From contig CDPCPM010000026.1 in the NCBI GenBank assembly GCA_976551045.1, positions 8,370,001 to 8,434,000 of the forward strand: a stretch of DNA of 64,000 nt, read 5' to 3'. Position numbers and translations under genes: made by a program. Source of the DNA: Glaucostegus cemiculus. Taxonomy: Eukaryota. Positions 38,801 to 51,982 of this stretch are shown here, one piece after another (positions within the stretch are counted from its first letter, which is position 1; each line of letters starts with the position of its first letter). Under the pieces are notes generated by a model, which worked only from the letters and a program-made list of their open reading frames with translations, had not been told where the DNA came from and did not search any database.

Positions 38801-41059
38801 TCCTTGCAAAATCCAGCCCAAGGTGTGAATCATTGCCTGATGTTGTTATCATCATAGCATCTGTTAACCTCATTGAACTGTTGCTCCATCAATACAAATC
38901 TGAAAGTCAGACATATATTTTAGTTTTCAATAATAGTCGATGTTTTCCATCTGTGCACAAAAGTGAATGTAATTGAAGACTGATGAGCATACAGGCAGCA
39001 AACTCTAGCCCAGATATGGTAATTGATCTGACTCTCTGGGCCCTTTATTTCTGAGCATAAAAATTCTATTTCATTACAAAGTGGGTAGGGGTTTACTGTA
39101 CTACTGGATAAATTGCACAGGATTATTTTGTTCTTTTAGGATGGATATCACTCCATTTAATATTGAAACCTTGGCAATACTGGGGAAGATCTAAAATGAG
39201 AAACATAATTGCACACCACCATTCTCCAAATACCACCAATGCTTCTTGGCTATACAAAGAGAGCTAGAGAACAGTTCCATCAGCACACCTGATGTTTCTT
39301 GGTTTACTTTCTCTGCTGAGGACTGATTTAACTACCAGATGCACATTAAACATGCCTTGCACAAACATGATAAATGGACCAATATCCTCCCTTGTACTAA
39401 AGTTCTGATTTGTGCATGATGTTGTAGTGGTGATATAGATTTAACTAAGTTGGGCAACAAACCTGTGGCAACCCACAACAGAATTCCAGTCCTCCAGGAT
39501 TATGTTTAACCCCAAATCGTACTTGTCTTAATTGGCTGCAGTAATGACCACCCTTATGGTCTCATCAACCAGCCTTGGCTCCAACCTCAGTAACCATTCT
39601 GTTAGTCCAAACAGAAAATGTTGGAGCCACTTAGCAGGTCAATAGCTTAATTAACTTTCAGATTGTAGGCCCTTTCTCAAATCAAAAAAAAACTGCAGCA
39701 TAGATTTATTTTTGAAGTATATTTTGTGCAATTTCTTACTTCTGGAGCATTTAATTTGGAGAATTAGAGGCATCATGTTGTAATCCTGTCCTTTATTCAT
39801 AGTTTCCGTGAGTACGTCCACTCAACTGGGACTGTGAATTGTAGAATTGTCTCTCAGACACTTTTAAGATGCACTATATTTCCCCCAAGAATTTAAAATA
39901 AATGGTAACATGGCTCCATAACAATCTTGTTTGGTTAAAATTTGTTCTTTTACCACCTTGCTCTAAATAAAGGACCTGTTTAAGTTTGTCACTCGTGTAA
40001 AATAGTTTTGGATTTTTTTCCCACAGTTCCTTGGCTCCAGAAGTATCTTCTTGCAAATTTTCCCATATTATCCACTGTAAAGTCTCAGGACAAAAGAAAA
40101 AGTTTGTTTAAGGGGGATTTGTACAAAGCCCTGTGATTGATGGTTAGAATTTGCAATTCAGTCAGACAGTTTGCTAAAGAACAAAAAACTAGTTCTGATG
40201 CAAAACAATGGTTATTAGCAAACAGCTGTGCAGACTTGTCCTGCATTCACACTACCCTTTCTTTATATAAAAAAATAGTTGTTTTGGGCTTATAGTGAGT
40301 TCAATTTGCCAGTGTTAAAATTGTCATAGACTCCAGGTAATTGGAACCAGTTGACTGTGTCCCAGAAATTCGAGCTCTTTACATTTTTAATATTAAGATG
40401 TATTTATTTGAAAGGATCTCACTCACAGAATGTGTATCAAAGACTGGAAGTTGGATTAGTTAGCATCATTTTTTTTAATGTGCAGTTGATTTCACCTGGT
40501 CTGGATTGCATCAGCAATCATTTCCTGGTGAAATTGCAACCATTGTAAAATTCTACTGCACACGTCCACTTGCTATTCCTATCCAAAACTGGATGTGGAC
40601 CTGAGAGTGTCATTAGTCACACAAGATCCATTTACCCCCTTAGTGATATAGATTGTTCTGCAGTCCTTTGTGTTACCAGTCTCTATAGAACTAGGAACTC
40701 ATTATATTACTTGACTGGTTTTAATGCTATTTCAAGGGACACTCTTCTGGCTTCAGATATTTGACTGGCCAGCTTCATAAGTCACTGCAGGCTGCTAAGA
40801 GATCTTCCAATGTTTACAAGATGAGCTTTTATCAAGGAGTTAGCTGCTGACATATTCACTTAATATGAGCCTTAGCTGTGACACCATTGGCACCATGTTA
40901 TTCATCTCCTTTCTGTCTAAGGCTTGGCAGAGTCTGCAGCAATGCCAATAGCTGCCACATCAGTGTCACTTTTCTCTGCCCAAGCGAAGCACGTGATTTC
41001 CTCTAAATAGGAGTGCATTTGAACATTGCTAGTGTGTCTCAATTTGGTTATAACATTTA

Positions 41060-41462
41060 TTTCTTATTGACTCTAAAGAGTTCTTGTCCAAGATGGGCTG
41101 GTTTCTGACAGCTGTTCGGGTCCACTTGGAGGAGCTGACTGGGATGGTATGGGTGAGACTGCAGTGAGGGGTGGTTTGTTGCCTTCTTGAGCAAGGACAT
41201 CAGTGTCCTGAACCTGAACACTACATGTTCTGGATAGACAATAGTGCAATCATCACCACTTTGATTACACAATCAATTTGTCAGTTTCCAGACCTGGAAC
41301 TGACCTACTGGAGTTGGATTCATTATGAGATTTATTAAAAAATCCATTTTTTTTAAACATTTAATTTGATGAATTTAAGCGCTCTGGTTGCCATGATGGG
41401 ATGCAAACTCTGTCTCTGGTTCTGGGGTCTAAAACCTTGGTTGCTAGTCCAGTAACATATCC
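41060..41462 (-). mobile_element. Old tRNA-derived SINE
   Basis: Reverse-complement head gttactggactagcaacc...gagtttgcatcccatcatggca...ttaaattc, related to 1570-1700. The 3' boundary is uncertain. Confidence 0.5.
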
Positions 41463-41679
41463 CCAGCAAACAAGTGAACAAAACATCCAGAGGCCTCCCA
41501 GCTCCATGCCACCATCTGCAGGTGCAGGAAGATAGGCTCCCCCCCATGCTCCTTGCTGTCTCCTGCATTCAGTGAGACTGGCCTGACTACTTGCTTACAA
41601 TCTCACTGTGCATCCACATCAGCCATGTCACATCAGCGTCATCTATTTTCTCCAGGGAAGGACAGATGTGCAGACCTCC

Positions 41680-41878
41680 CAGCTGAGGAGATCCCCTATT
41701 GCCTACCTGCATTGCACTTTCTCTGTAGCGGTCACACTTTATTCTGCACTCTGTTATTGTTTTATCTTGTACTACCTCAATGAATTGATCTGTATGAAAA
41801 GTATGCAAGACAGGTTTTTCAGTGTACCTCGGTGTATGTATTGTCATATGTATATATGACAATAATATTCCAATTCCA
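41680..41878 (+). mobile_element. Rex1/Babar-type 3' UTR fragment
   Basis: tgcactttctctgtagc...ttttcagtgtacctcgg...atgacaataat followed by a (ttccaa)n tail; tail architecture shared with 61224-61841. Confidence 0.6.
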
Positions 41879-42199
41879 CTGCCTGATTCCTAGCATTTCT
41901 CCCTGAGGTTACATGTCCATCTAACCCAAATTGATCATCCCTCATGGTGGCAATCATGATACTTATCCCAATACTTAGCAAGACCGAACAGAAGTTCAAT
42001 TCAGCTGTGGCCAAAACATCATCTGAGGTGATGCAACACCAGAGTGATGGTAATGAGGATTTCCACTGGTCATCAAATTAGACATCGTATAGTGATTGCA
42101 ATGAAACATTTCTTGGTTCAACTTATTGCTGAATTGAGGCCTTTTACCCATTGGGTGAAGAATGGCCTTCTCTAGCAGGAACAGGTGATGCAAGTGAAG

Positions 42200-43510
42200 G
42201 ATGTTGAGTGACATCATCATTGTTATGGAGTTGTGAGAGTCAATAATTGGCATGGTAGAGTGTGTGGAGTGTCTAATACGTGGCACTTACTCTCCAGTAA
42301 CCTGTTCATCAATACCCAATGTGGGCTGAGCTCCACACCGCTCCAGATTTCATTGCAACACTCATCCGACGATGTTCCAGAGGTGAGGTGGCATTGATAT
42401 AAAGGCAGCTCTTTACCAACTGTGGTATCAAGACACCCGAGTAAAACTGAAGTCATTGGCCATCAAAGGAAAAAATAATACAAAAGCTGGAGTCATATCT
42501 TGCACAAAGTCAATCATCATAAGCCCTTAACATCACAGCAGAAGTTCACGAGGGGAGTTTCCTGGGCTGAATCAGCTTCAGCTGCTTCCTCAGTGACCTT
42601 CCATCATAAGGTCAGAAGTGGGGAAGTTCACTGCTGATTGCACGATGTAGAATTCCATTCACAACTCCTCATTAAAGGAAGTAGGCAATGCCTACATGCA
42701 GCAAGACCGAGACAACTTTCAGGCAAGGGCTGTTTCATTTGCTGAGGTACTGTGAATGGCATTGAATAGTGTCCCTTAAATGGATCCAGACTAATAACGT
42801 GATAACGTGTGTCACACAAGTGCCAGGCATTGAGAATCTACCCATGTACCCTCCAATGAAATTACCATCACTGAAGGCTCCACCATCAACACTGTGAAAC
42901 GCAATAAGGACATCCATATAGTACTTCAGCTACAAGAGCAGCTCAGAGGCTGGCATCCTGCAGTGATCAACTCGTCTCTTGACATTTGAAAACCTTTTTA
43001 CAAGTCAGGAGTGTGATAGAATTCTTTCCACTTGCTGAGATCAGTGCAGGTCCAAAATCTCTTGGGGAAACTTGACACAATCCAGGGCATCCACTAACCC
43101 TACGTTAACCCTAATAATAATCCTAATTTGTAACTGTGCAACGACTGTAAGCATTGATTCCCCCCGTCACTGGTGCACAGTGGTCGTGGATGTATCATCT
43201 ATATAATGAACCGGCTACTCACTTGAACACTCCAAAAGCACTTCCCAAATCCATAATTTCCACCACCTAGAAGGACAAGGGCAGCAGGTGCATGGAAATA
43301 CCTTGCAAGCTGTACACTATCAGGATGTGGCAATGTCTCACTGCTCCTTCATCATTTAGTCTAAATCCTGGAACTCCCTATCCAATACCATTTTACTGGT
43401 ACCTTCATCAGAAGGACTACAGTAGTTTAAGAAAGTGGTTCGTTATTGCCTCCTCGAGGGCATTAGGGATGAGAAATATATTCTTGCTTTGCAGCAATGC
43501 CCAGCTCCCA
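42200..43510 (+). mobile_element. Decayed CR1/L2-group LINE, RT to 3' end (probably same family as 2070-2900)
   Basis: HLLSSNLFINTQCG, LWYQDTRVKLKSLAIKGK, LESYLAQ, ITAEVHEGSFLG*ISFSCFLSDL, EVGKFTADCTM and MQQDRDNFQA, then tail gagggcattagggatg. Confidence 0.8.
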
Positions 43511-45594
43511 GATTTAATTTGATTTAATAAAAAGTGTGTGTGTGTGTTTAAGGTGTCCTTGTTTTTGCCACTTTAGCTTTGGCATGAAATTTCTTCTGGC
43601 ATTTCTCTATAGTTTGTGGCTGGCATTATCCCAGTTACCTATTTCCAGGCTGTTTTTCTGACATGTTTCTTGCATCTTGACTCTCTCCTCTCACATGGCC
43701 TCTGTCTCCTGCACCAGGCACTGAGTATCATGTTGAGTAAATGTTGGAACTGCTTCCCTCTCCCTGCACTCTCTGTCTCCCTTATGCCAGTTGTGTGTGT
43801 TGCCGCTGTCTGGCTGCAATGGGCAGTATGCCTTTAGAAGCTGGCACCACCTTTGACTACTTACTGGTGATATCAATGTAACAACAGGTTAGAATGCAAC
43901 CTGTTAAGATGCTTCACTGCAGAATAGAATAGCAAGATGGTTGTTTACGTTGCCATTCTCTGTGCAATGAGTTGTGTGGTAAGTTATAAAAAGAAATTGT
44001 GAAACTGTCAGTGTATGAATACTTCAGTGGAAACCAAGGTTCATGGAGAATGAAAATAAACTTTGGAATTGAATGGCATCACCCAGTCTCATGATATAAT
44101 TATATATTTCCATTTTTAGCTTTTCCGGAACTCTAGATTTGTTTCAACTGAAGAGCAATAAAATGTAACAACACAAAACAAAAGTTAAAATGAACCCCAA
44201 CATCTATTGACAGTGAGAACTGGTCTGTATTATAAATCTGATATCAACTGCTTGGCAATTTTGCAACTATTTCAACAATATATAACTAACTTTACTCAAA
44301 TTAAAGGTAATTTAGCTGTGGCTTTTTGCCATATTGTATTTGAAATGTATAGATATAAACTGGATGGAGTATGATTTCAAACCAAGTTGTAAAACAATTT
44401 AAAGAATTCTACTATTTTTCTCATTTGAGATGTCTGATGGAACATATCCAACCAAGGAGATGGATCTGATATGAATAGATGGAGGGAGCTCGGGACAGGG
44501 AATCACAATCGGCATACAGAGTGTGCTCATGTGCTGTTCCCATTTGCCCACTGGTGTCCTAGTAACATAAGTTACTGTACCACAGTTTGAAATACTTGTC
44601 TGGGTAGAATCTCTCGATGGTGATACAGAATGTAGCATTGCTCTGCCAAAATCCAGTGCCTGCATTTTCTTCTCCCCTTGGCTCTCAGCTGAAGTAATGT
44701 AAACATTTCACAGGAAACCTGTGTACCAGTGTAATTTGGAACTGAAATACCAAGTTTTTCTATATTTGTGGGCTGATGTGTTTGTCCATTTCTCATGCCC
44801 AAACCTATTTAAGAATCTAGATTCGATGAAGAAATAATAAAATGAAGACCATTCCCAAATGATTCTCTGACTAATGCTAGATTTGCTCATTTACCATTGT
44901 CAATTTTGACTGGGCAATAATGAAGGCCATGAATACTTCAGGAGGGGCTTATGATTACAGGAGTCTGTGGTCCCATTTCTTCACGAGATTTTAATGAGAT
45001 AATTTGCTTTTAAAGTACTTGCAGCTCATGTCAGACAAACTTTGAGAGGGAGAAAACAAGGATGGAGATCAGCAGATCCTATCTCATTCTCACAGTGATC
45101 AGCCCACCTACTTTCCATGTACAAAGTCACATTCTTTTGACTCTGTCTAAACCATACAAAGCATTGTATACTTTCTAATCGCATACTAATCAAAAATGTC
45201 ATTTGTGCACCAGTTAGCATGGCTAACAAGTTTATCTCTTTTTTCCATTAAGTACCATAAAGTACGTGTGCAACATACTGCAGTGCTGCCCTTTCGAAGT
45301 GCAGTGGGCCCCAGATGCAGCTGTAGTTCTGATTTCAGCATTGACCAGGCGACATTCTATTATTGCTGTTTCTCTGAGAAACAAAGTGGCGGCAATAAGG
45401 TTTATGGAAGTTTAGGCTCGGCAAATAGTAAATTATGTACTTTTGTTGATTTTTTTATTTGCTTTGCAGATCCCTTGACTGGGAGTAATAGGTGTCTAAA
45501 GGGATCTGCTAGAGCAGTAGCAACTTGTGTGTACATATCTGTGCAAATATGTGGAGTATGAACACTCGACTTTAATCTGGATTTCCTCTTTGTT

Positions 45595-45695
45595 AGTTAG
45601 AAGTTTTTAAGTTTTATTTACAGCGTGGTAACAGGCCCTTTCAGCCCAATGAGTCCATGCCGCCCATTTTAAACCCCCAAATTAACCTACCCGTA
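45595..45695 (-). mobile_element. SINE 3' fragment with CR1-type tail
   Basis: Reverse complement ggcatggactcattgggctgaaagggcctgttaccacgctgtaaataaaa. Confidence 0.6.
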
Positions 45696-46788
45696 TGAAG
45701 GACCTGTTTCTTGATAAATGTGATTTTACATTATCTTAAGTATATGAAAAAGTGGTAGTTTTATAATATAATTGTGTAGTAGGAAGGGAAAAGGGTATAG
45801 AAGATATTTCCCTTTGCAAATGATTATTCTTCACCTTTTGGGATGTGTGGAGATAGAGGTGAGACAGAACTGCATTTTGTTCCAGTGACATAAAGCAAGA
45901 TCCATTTGTCAGTGGGAAATAGTCATAAGTGGTGAAGAAATTAAATTTAAATTTATATGGTAAAGTGCAAGCAGGGATGTGAGTGAATGAAGAGATCCAG
46001 GCAAGGGTTAAGAGCAACTTATGGGCATTGCTACTTGGCAGTGTACATACTTTAACAGAGTGTGAAGGGAAGGACAATGTAAGTCGAATTTATTGCAGTG
46101 TATTCTTGGAAGCTGTGGCTGATCTACTAATGTCATTGAGTTTTCTTTCACTGAATACCATGTATGAGGTGGTTGCATTGATACTTGTTGACCAGCTGCC
46201 TTTCAGTGGTATTGCACAGTTCTCCAATAGGTCTCTATCTGATGATTCCAAAATGAGTCTGGTTCTATTCCACAGAGTAAGTGTGGCTGTGGTTGGAGAG
46301 CAGGGGGTCTAATGTTGCACCAGTGCCCTGTTGTTCTGAAATTTGTCTTGTACAGTTAAAAATACATCATTGATGCCTGTTTCTTTAGGCTGTTGCAGAT
46401 TTGAAAGCTGTTACCCCTTTTACCTCAGTTGTAAGCAGCCAACTAGTGACTCGTCAGATGCCAGGAGACTATCTTAATTATTCAAAGTTTTTGATGGTGA
46501 AAATCACAGTCGGGCCATTTGCCTATGATGTCATTCTCACCACCCATCCACCTAACCCTCCCATCACCACCACCACGTTTATTGTAGGGATCAAACCTCG
46601 ATGGAAAATCTAAAGTTAGATCACCAGAGCATGATAAAGCATGATAATGGTGTTGAATGAATCACTAGATACAATTTCAGGCAAAGAATTAATAGATGTC
46701 CTCAAGGGGAACTGTTTGGGGAAAAAAAAGTCCATAAACTAACTGTCACCTTGATAAAGTGCCTTTCGATAACCAGTGCTGAATAGAA

Positions 46789-46806
46789 ATATATATATAT
46801 ATATAT
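46789..46806. repeat. (AT)n microsatellite
   Basis: Direct run. Confidence 0.85.
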
Positions 46807-47329
46807 TACTACTTGACTTTCAACCAGGAAAAACAAATATTAAATCATAATATAATATGGATTATAATTAAAACTAGTGAACATTGGATTGTAATTGTTG
46901 TTTTTGATAAAAGGTAATAAAAATGCTGTGAATAAGTATTTCTTCTTCAGGGTATTGTTGAATGGTTTGATCTAATGAGTGCATAAAGGAAGTTATGGAC
47001 ATAGCTCCAAGTAAAATTGTTTATCTTTGCCATACGTATTCTACATTTGAAGTTTTTTTTATTATGATTAGTTGTGCAATAACTTGTATTGGTAGTCTCA
47101 AAGATTAATTATCATTCATTCCAGTACAAATAATCTTACTGTTTCTTTCAAAACACACATCTGTTCATTGAAATTACATACATGAAATAAAAACAATTAG
47201 AATAATTTGTCCAGTCACTGGTTTCAAATTTTAAATCTTTTAGGTTACATGCATCTTATAAGTGTTTAAAGTTTACAGAGCATTTGCAGAGCAGTCCAAG
47301 GCATTCCAGATTAATTTACCTCCAAATAT

Positions 47330-47722
47330 TGGAGGAATTTGAGGGGTGAGGTTGAGGTAGATAAAATTATGAAGAATATAGATAGGGTAGACTACATTGA
47401 ACTTTTTCCTTAACAAAGGTGAATAAAACTAGAGTACCTAGATTTAGAGTAAGGGATAAGAGATTTAGTAGGGATCTGAAGGGGACCTTTTTCACCCAGA
47501 GAGTGGTGAATAGCTGGAATACACTGCCAGAGGGAGAGGTGGAAACACAGTCACTGACAGCATTTAAAACATTTCTGGATGTGAACTTAAATTGCCTAGA
47601 CTGAAAAGGCTGTAGGCCAAATGCTGGAAGATGGGATTAATATGGCTGACTGCCCACTGGTCAGTGCGGACATAGTGGTGGACTGAATGGCCTGTTCCCA
47701 TACTGAATGACTCTCTGAGTCT
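47330..47722 (+). mobile_element. CR1 LINE 3' end
   Basis: RFSRDLKGTFFTQRVVNSWNTLPEGEVET.SLTAFKTFLD followed by tail atgactctctgagtct. Confidence 0.88.
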
Positions 47723-47741
47723 AAAATGGTCTACTTTAAAT

Positions 47742-47990
47742 TATAGAACATTGGAATAGTACAGCACAAGAACAGGCCCTTTGGCCCACAATGTTGTGCC
47801 GAACTAATTAAGCTAATGACATCTAGTCCCTTCTGCCTGCACACGGTCCATATCCCTCCATTCTCTGTATATTCACATGCCTGTCTAAGAGCCTTTTAAA
47901 TGCTTATATCATTTCTGCCTCCACTGCCAACCATGGTAGTGCATTCCAGGCACCCATCGCTCTGTGGGGGAGAAAAACCTTGCCCTGCAT
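47742..47990 (-). mobile_element. CR1 LINE 3' end, tail-to-tail with the previous element
   Basis: tagaacattggaatagtacagcacaagaacaggccc...gcattccaggcaccca; minus strand reads VGAWNALP. Confidence 0.88.
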
Positions 47991-50015
47991 ATATAGAGTC
48001 TATATTACATTGTAATAAAACTTAAACACTCATTTTTAGTTTTGTGGACTTTCTTGTAGTTAATATTGTACTTGAGTTGTATGGGCACACTAAAGAAATT
48101 TAAAAGAAAAGGTTCTGTTTTCAAAGTACTGACATGCATATGCTGGCTACCAGATTAAAGTCCTTGCTCAAAAGAAGAGTGCTTGTCCTGGGACTGGTTG
48201 CCCTGATCATTGACCACAATGTAAGTGTTAATGTTAACGTTTGAAGATCTAATCTGCATTTATTGTTTACAAGTAACGTATTCTACATGCAATTCTTCAG
48301 CAATAAATCATGCATCTATTACAGTGAACTTAATCTTCAAATTCAAGGTTTCAGTAAAGCAATTTCTGTTTGAACCTTGTCATATAATTTAGTACAAAAT
48401 GAGTCATCACAGGTTGACAGTCTGCTTTACATCCCTTTCTTATTCATTTCATCTAAGTTAATAAAAATTAACTTTGAGAGAGTTATAAATTGGGTACCAA
48501 CTCAATAATGTGTATTTTACAGCACTGCACTAAATCAGAATTTACTTCTGTTAATTGTCAATGATGTGATAAACTGAAATGAGTTTTACTCTGGGCTTAG
48601 GTTGCATGTATTCTATTCCTGTTACTCCATTGCCAAGTAAAACTGTTTCATATTGAAATAACTAATAGACTTAGAAGTCTAAGCTAATCATTTCTGTGGA
48701 AACTTTGGTGTGAATCACTGACCATCATTAACAAGGTATGGACTGTTGGGCGTAAGAATTTTGTTTTATTGTTTTTCTGATGTCTCTGGTGTACAAATGA
48801 TGTCAACAGTAGTGCTGCACCCAAATCAATTTCTCATGAAATCTTCAAGTATGTTGTCCAGAATCATGATGGGTTCTGTTCACTCACAGAATCCTGAAAG
48901 TTCAAACCAAATGTTATTCAAAGGTTCAGATACTTCTGGCCGGTAGTCAAAGGCAGAGAGCTACAAAAGCCTCTGCTAAACATGTGTCAAAGAGGTGGAC
49001 CCAGACAGGGACCTAGTGACCATACCCATTCCTCTTTATAAAAAAAATATAAGCAGCCAGAATGGCAAGAAGAATTCCAGCATAAAAAGAAATGATCCCA
49101 TGTTCACCAGATCAGAAGTGAGTATAAAAACTGAAGAAAGACAACTGACCCAAGAAATGACTCTCATGCAGGGAAGTTGCCAGGGACATGTCTGTAAGGG
49201 TGCCCTCTATCAAGAATGTCACCATGACCAAAATGCCCTTTTCTGCTTCAAATGCAGAAATCATATTTATGAAGGTTCCTCACTATGTCAGTAGAGCTTT
49301 CGTTGGCACCTGCAATACTGCAGTAAGTAGCAAAGTGTCATAGCAGAGACAACCTGACAGGTTTCTGAAAGTGGGGGTGATGATGACTTCCACTGTGAAA
49401 GCAGTACAAGAATTCACCTCCAGAAGCAGACAGGTCAACTTCCTCATAGTTAGTCCATACGGTCAGCTACAATGATTGGTAGTTTCAATTTTTGACCATT
49501 ATGACAAGCTACACATTGTTGCTGCTCTAAGGTTCCCATTGTCATGCCAGAATATATCTTCAGATTCTGCATGTGTTTTGTTTATAACACTTTGGTGAAC
49601 TACTTGATATACATATCTCTGCCTGTAATCAGCTGTTAAGCTGTTTCTCCCAATGTACCGATCATTAACTTTCATTTCAGTTTTAAAATAGCAGTGTTTA
49701 GCTTCATTATAAATAACAGCATTTATGTTATTTAAGCATAACTCTCCATGCTACTTGTCAGATTGACAATTGTACAAGCCTCTCCTTTGTGTCTTTCTAT
49801 CATAAGTTTTGCCCTTAAGTTGTGCAACCTACCTGGCTAACATTATTCTGGTTTGCAATCCTGGGATTAGCCATACACATGGAGGATATATACCCTTTTT
49901 GCAGCTGAAGCATCTTACTGCTGTAAACTGGCATACCTGATGAATGGTGCTCAACACATCAGTAGCAGCTTTCTCCATCAGTCTCTCCTTTTGCACCAGA
50001 TTAACCCACTATGAC

Positions 50016-50724
50016 TTCAGATTCAGATTCAATTTTATTGTCACTTCCCTACATACATTAAGCATGCATGGAGGCGAAATACCGTCCTCCACTGGACCAG
50101 GTGCAAAACACATTCAAGACAATAAAGATAATAAAGACAAAAGAAACAAGGGAAAACATCAGGACATCAGTCCAGCAACCGCGCTGAGTTGTGCTCGACC
50201 ACCTCCGGCTCGACTGACCAGCCCGCCTCAACTCGACCACCTCCGGCCACCGGCCCGCCTCGACTCAACCACGCCTGGACCCCTGCGGCTTGGCCGACCG
50301 TCCCGATCATCTCCGGCCCACCTCCGGCTTGACCGACCGTCCCGACCATCTCTGGCCCACGTCCAGCTCAACCGACTGGCCTGTCTCGACTCGACCACTT
50401 CTGGCCACCGGCCCGCCTCAACCAGACCACCTCCGACCTCTCCACTGGCCCGCCTCACCGCATCTCCCCGGACAGCAGTCCAGCACCCGGAGGGCTGCAG
50501 TACCTCGCCTCCGGAGCCCACCTCCAGGGCCCGGTGCTGCCTCCGACGAGCTGTTGGTGGCGTCAACGGCAGCCCGAAGTCATAACACTTAACACAAGCA
50601 CATAAACACAACATAACACAAAAGAACACAAAAAACAGCACAAAACACTAAAAAAAACTAACAAAAAACACAAAGCACCACTGACCAGGGAGTGGCCACA
50701 GCAACCGAGTGCGCCGCCATTTTT
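50016..50724 (-). mobile_element. Young non-autonomous retroposon with Rex1-type tail and internal GC-rich minisatellite
   Basis: Minus strand starts AAAATGGCGGCGC, has a T/G-rich leader, CpG-rich degenerate tandem repeats (about 50190-50460), and ends GACAATAAAATTGAATCTGAATCTGAA. Its last ~85 nt align with 61765-61841. Confidence 0.75.
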
Positions 50725-50794
50725 GTTTTGATATTACACTTAATATCAGAGCTTCCATCTTAGCTACCATTGTTTGTCCAAACATTAACATGAA

Positions 50795-51005
50795 GGAAAA
50801 AACAATGTGCTGGAGGAACTCAATGGGACAGGCAGCATCTGAGGAGCAAAATGGATGGCAGATGTTTTGGGTCAAGACCCTTCATCTGGACCCAAAATGT
50901 CAACTGTCCATTTTGCTCCACGGATCCTACCTGATCCATTGAGTTCCTCCAACATTTTGTTTTTCCCCTCCAGATTCCAGCATTTGTGGTCTCTTATGTC
51001 TCCAT
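50795..51005. mobile_element. Palindromic short element with hammerhead-like core
   Basis: Arms tggaggaactcaatgggacaggcagcatctgaggagcaaaatgga and tccattttgctccacggatcctacctgatccattgagttcctcca. Minus-strand core CAGATGA-A-GGGT-CTTG-ACCC-AAAAC at 50864-50888. Confidence 0.85.
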
Positions 51006-51982
51006 TAACATGGACATTGTGCATGGACATTCTTTTGCATTTTTGAAAGCCATTGGTGTCATGATTTTGTGTGAGCGTTAAACCATTAAATGTTATGTGT
51101 TTAATAACTTAGGGTGAATATCCTCAACACAAACTTTTCCTGTGATGCTTGATTCAAGCAGGAGGCAAAATTATAGTGTTGGGGATAGATGCTGGACATT
51201 TGCTTATGAGCTCTAGACCTTTGGCTCAAACTTCTGAATTTGTAGTTTTCTGTGATCTCTGAATGTGTCTTTCGATGATCATGTTATCACCTCATAGAAG
51301 TACATGTCACTTGTCTTGTGTGGCATCTAGAATCTGCCAAAATAGAAAATATAACCAAGCCAGGCTCCATTAGTAAGATTGCTTTCTTAGGATCCCAATA
51401 GCATCACTATTTGAGCCCTCACCTTTAATTTCAACAGTATTGTTTCTCTAGAAGTACATTTTCATCCATTCAATTTTGGAACAGCAGGGCTCAAGTACTT
51501 CATAAACAGGTGCAACCAGATTGGCTCTGAGCTGCTGTCTTGCACCATTGCCACTTTAACAACTGCAATTCTTATCCTCAGTAATTTGCATGCGCTGCCC
51601 TTTTTCTCCTTTGCTTGGGTCTAAACTTGAGTCCTGTTGCTTAAAGTCTGGCATTGCAATTACTGTGACCAATTGTGAGTTTTCCAACTCCCCTACCATG
51701 TGTGGTAATTCAATGTTGTTGGACAACTTTATAACTTCGAACAGCTTTATCTCTTCTCCATCTGATCCATATCATCAGCATTAGGTGTATGTCCCCGTGG
51801 GTTCCTGCTCTATTGTGACAGGGGAATGCACAGAGCTTTAGAAGGTGCTTTTGTTTCATTTGAGATTTTTCTTGGACTGCATAAATGTCTTGAGGGTAGA
51901 TATGTTATCTATGACATCATGCAGTGATGTTGCATTTATTTACACACGTATACTACAAGACTATGAATGCATCCTTAGAAGC

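Noticed and set aside
48995-49294. Cys/His-rich ORF as a zinc knuckle or host exon
   Set aside because: Spacing does not fit CCHC or C2H2 and there are no clear splice sites; possibly a decayed retroelement, but I cannot assign it.
50190-50460. CRISPR-like array
   Set aside because: Degenerate contiguous minisatellite with no unique spacers, in eukaryotic DNA with no cas genes.
49944-50641. Longest ORFs in the track (213 aa Pro/Arg-rich on +, 137 aa on -) as novel genes
   Set aside because: They arise from a GC-rich tandem repeat that is open in several frames on both strands and lies inside a retroposon; no domain or splice support.
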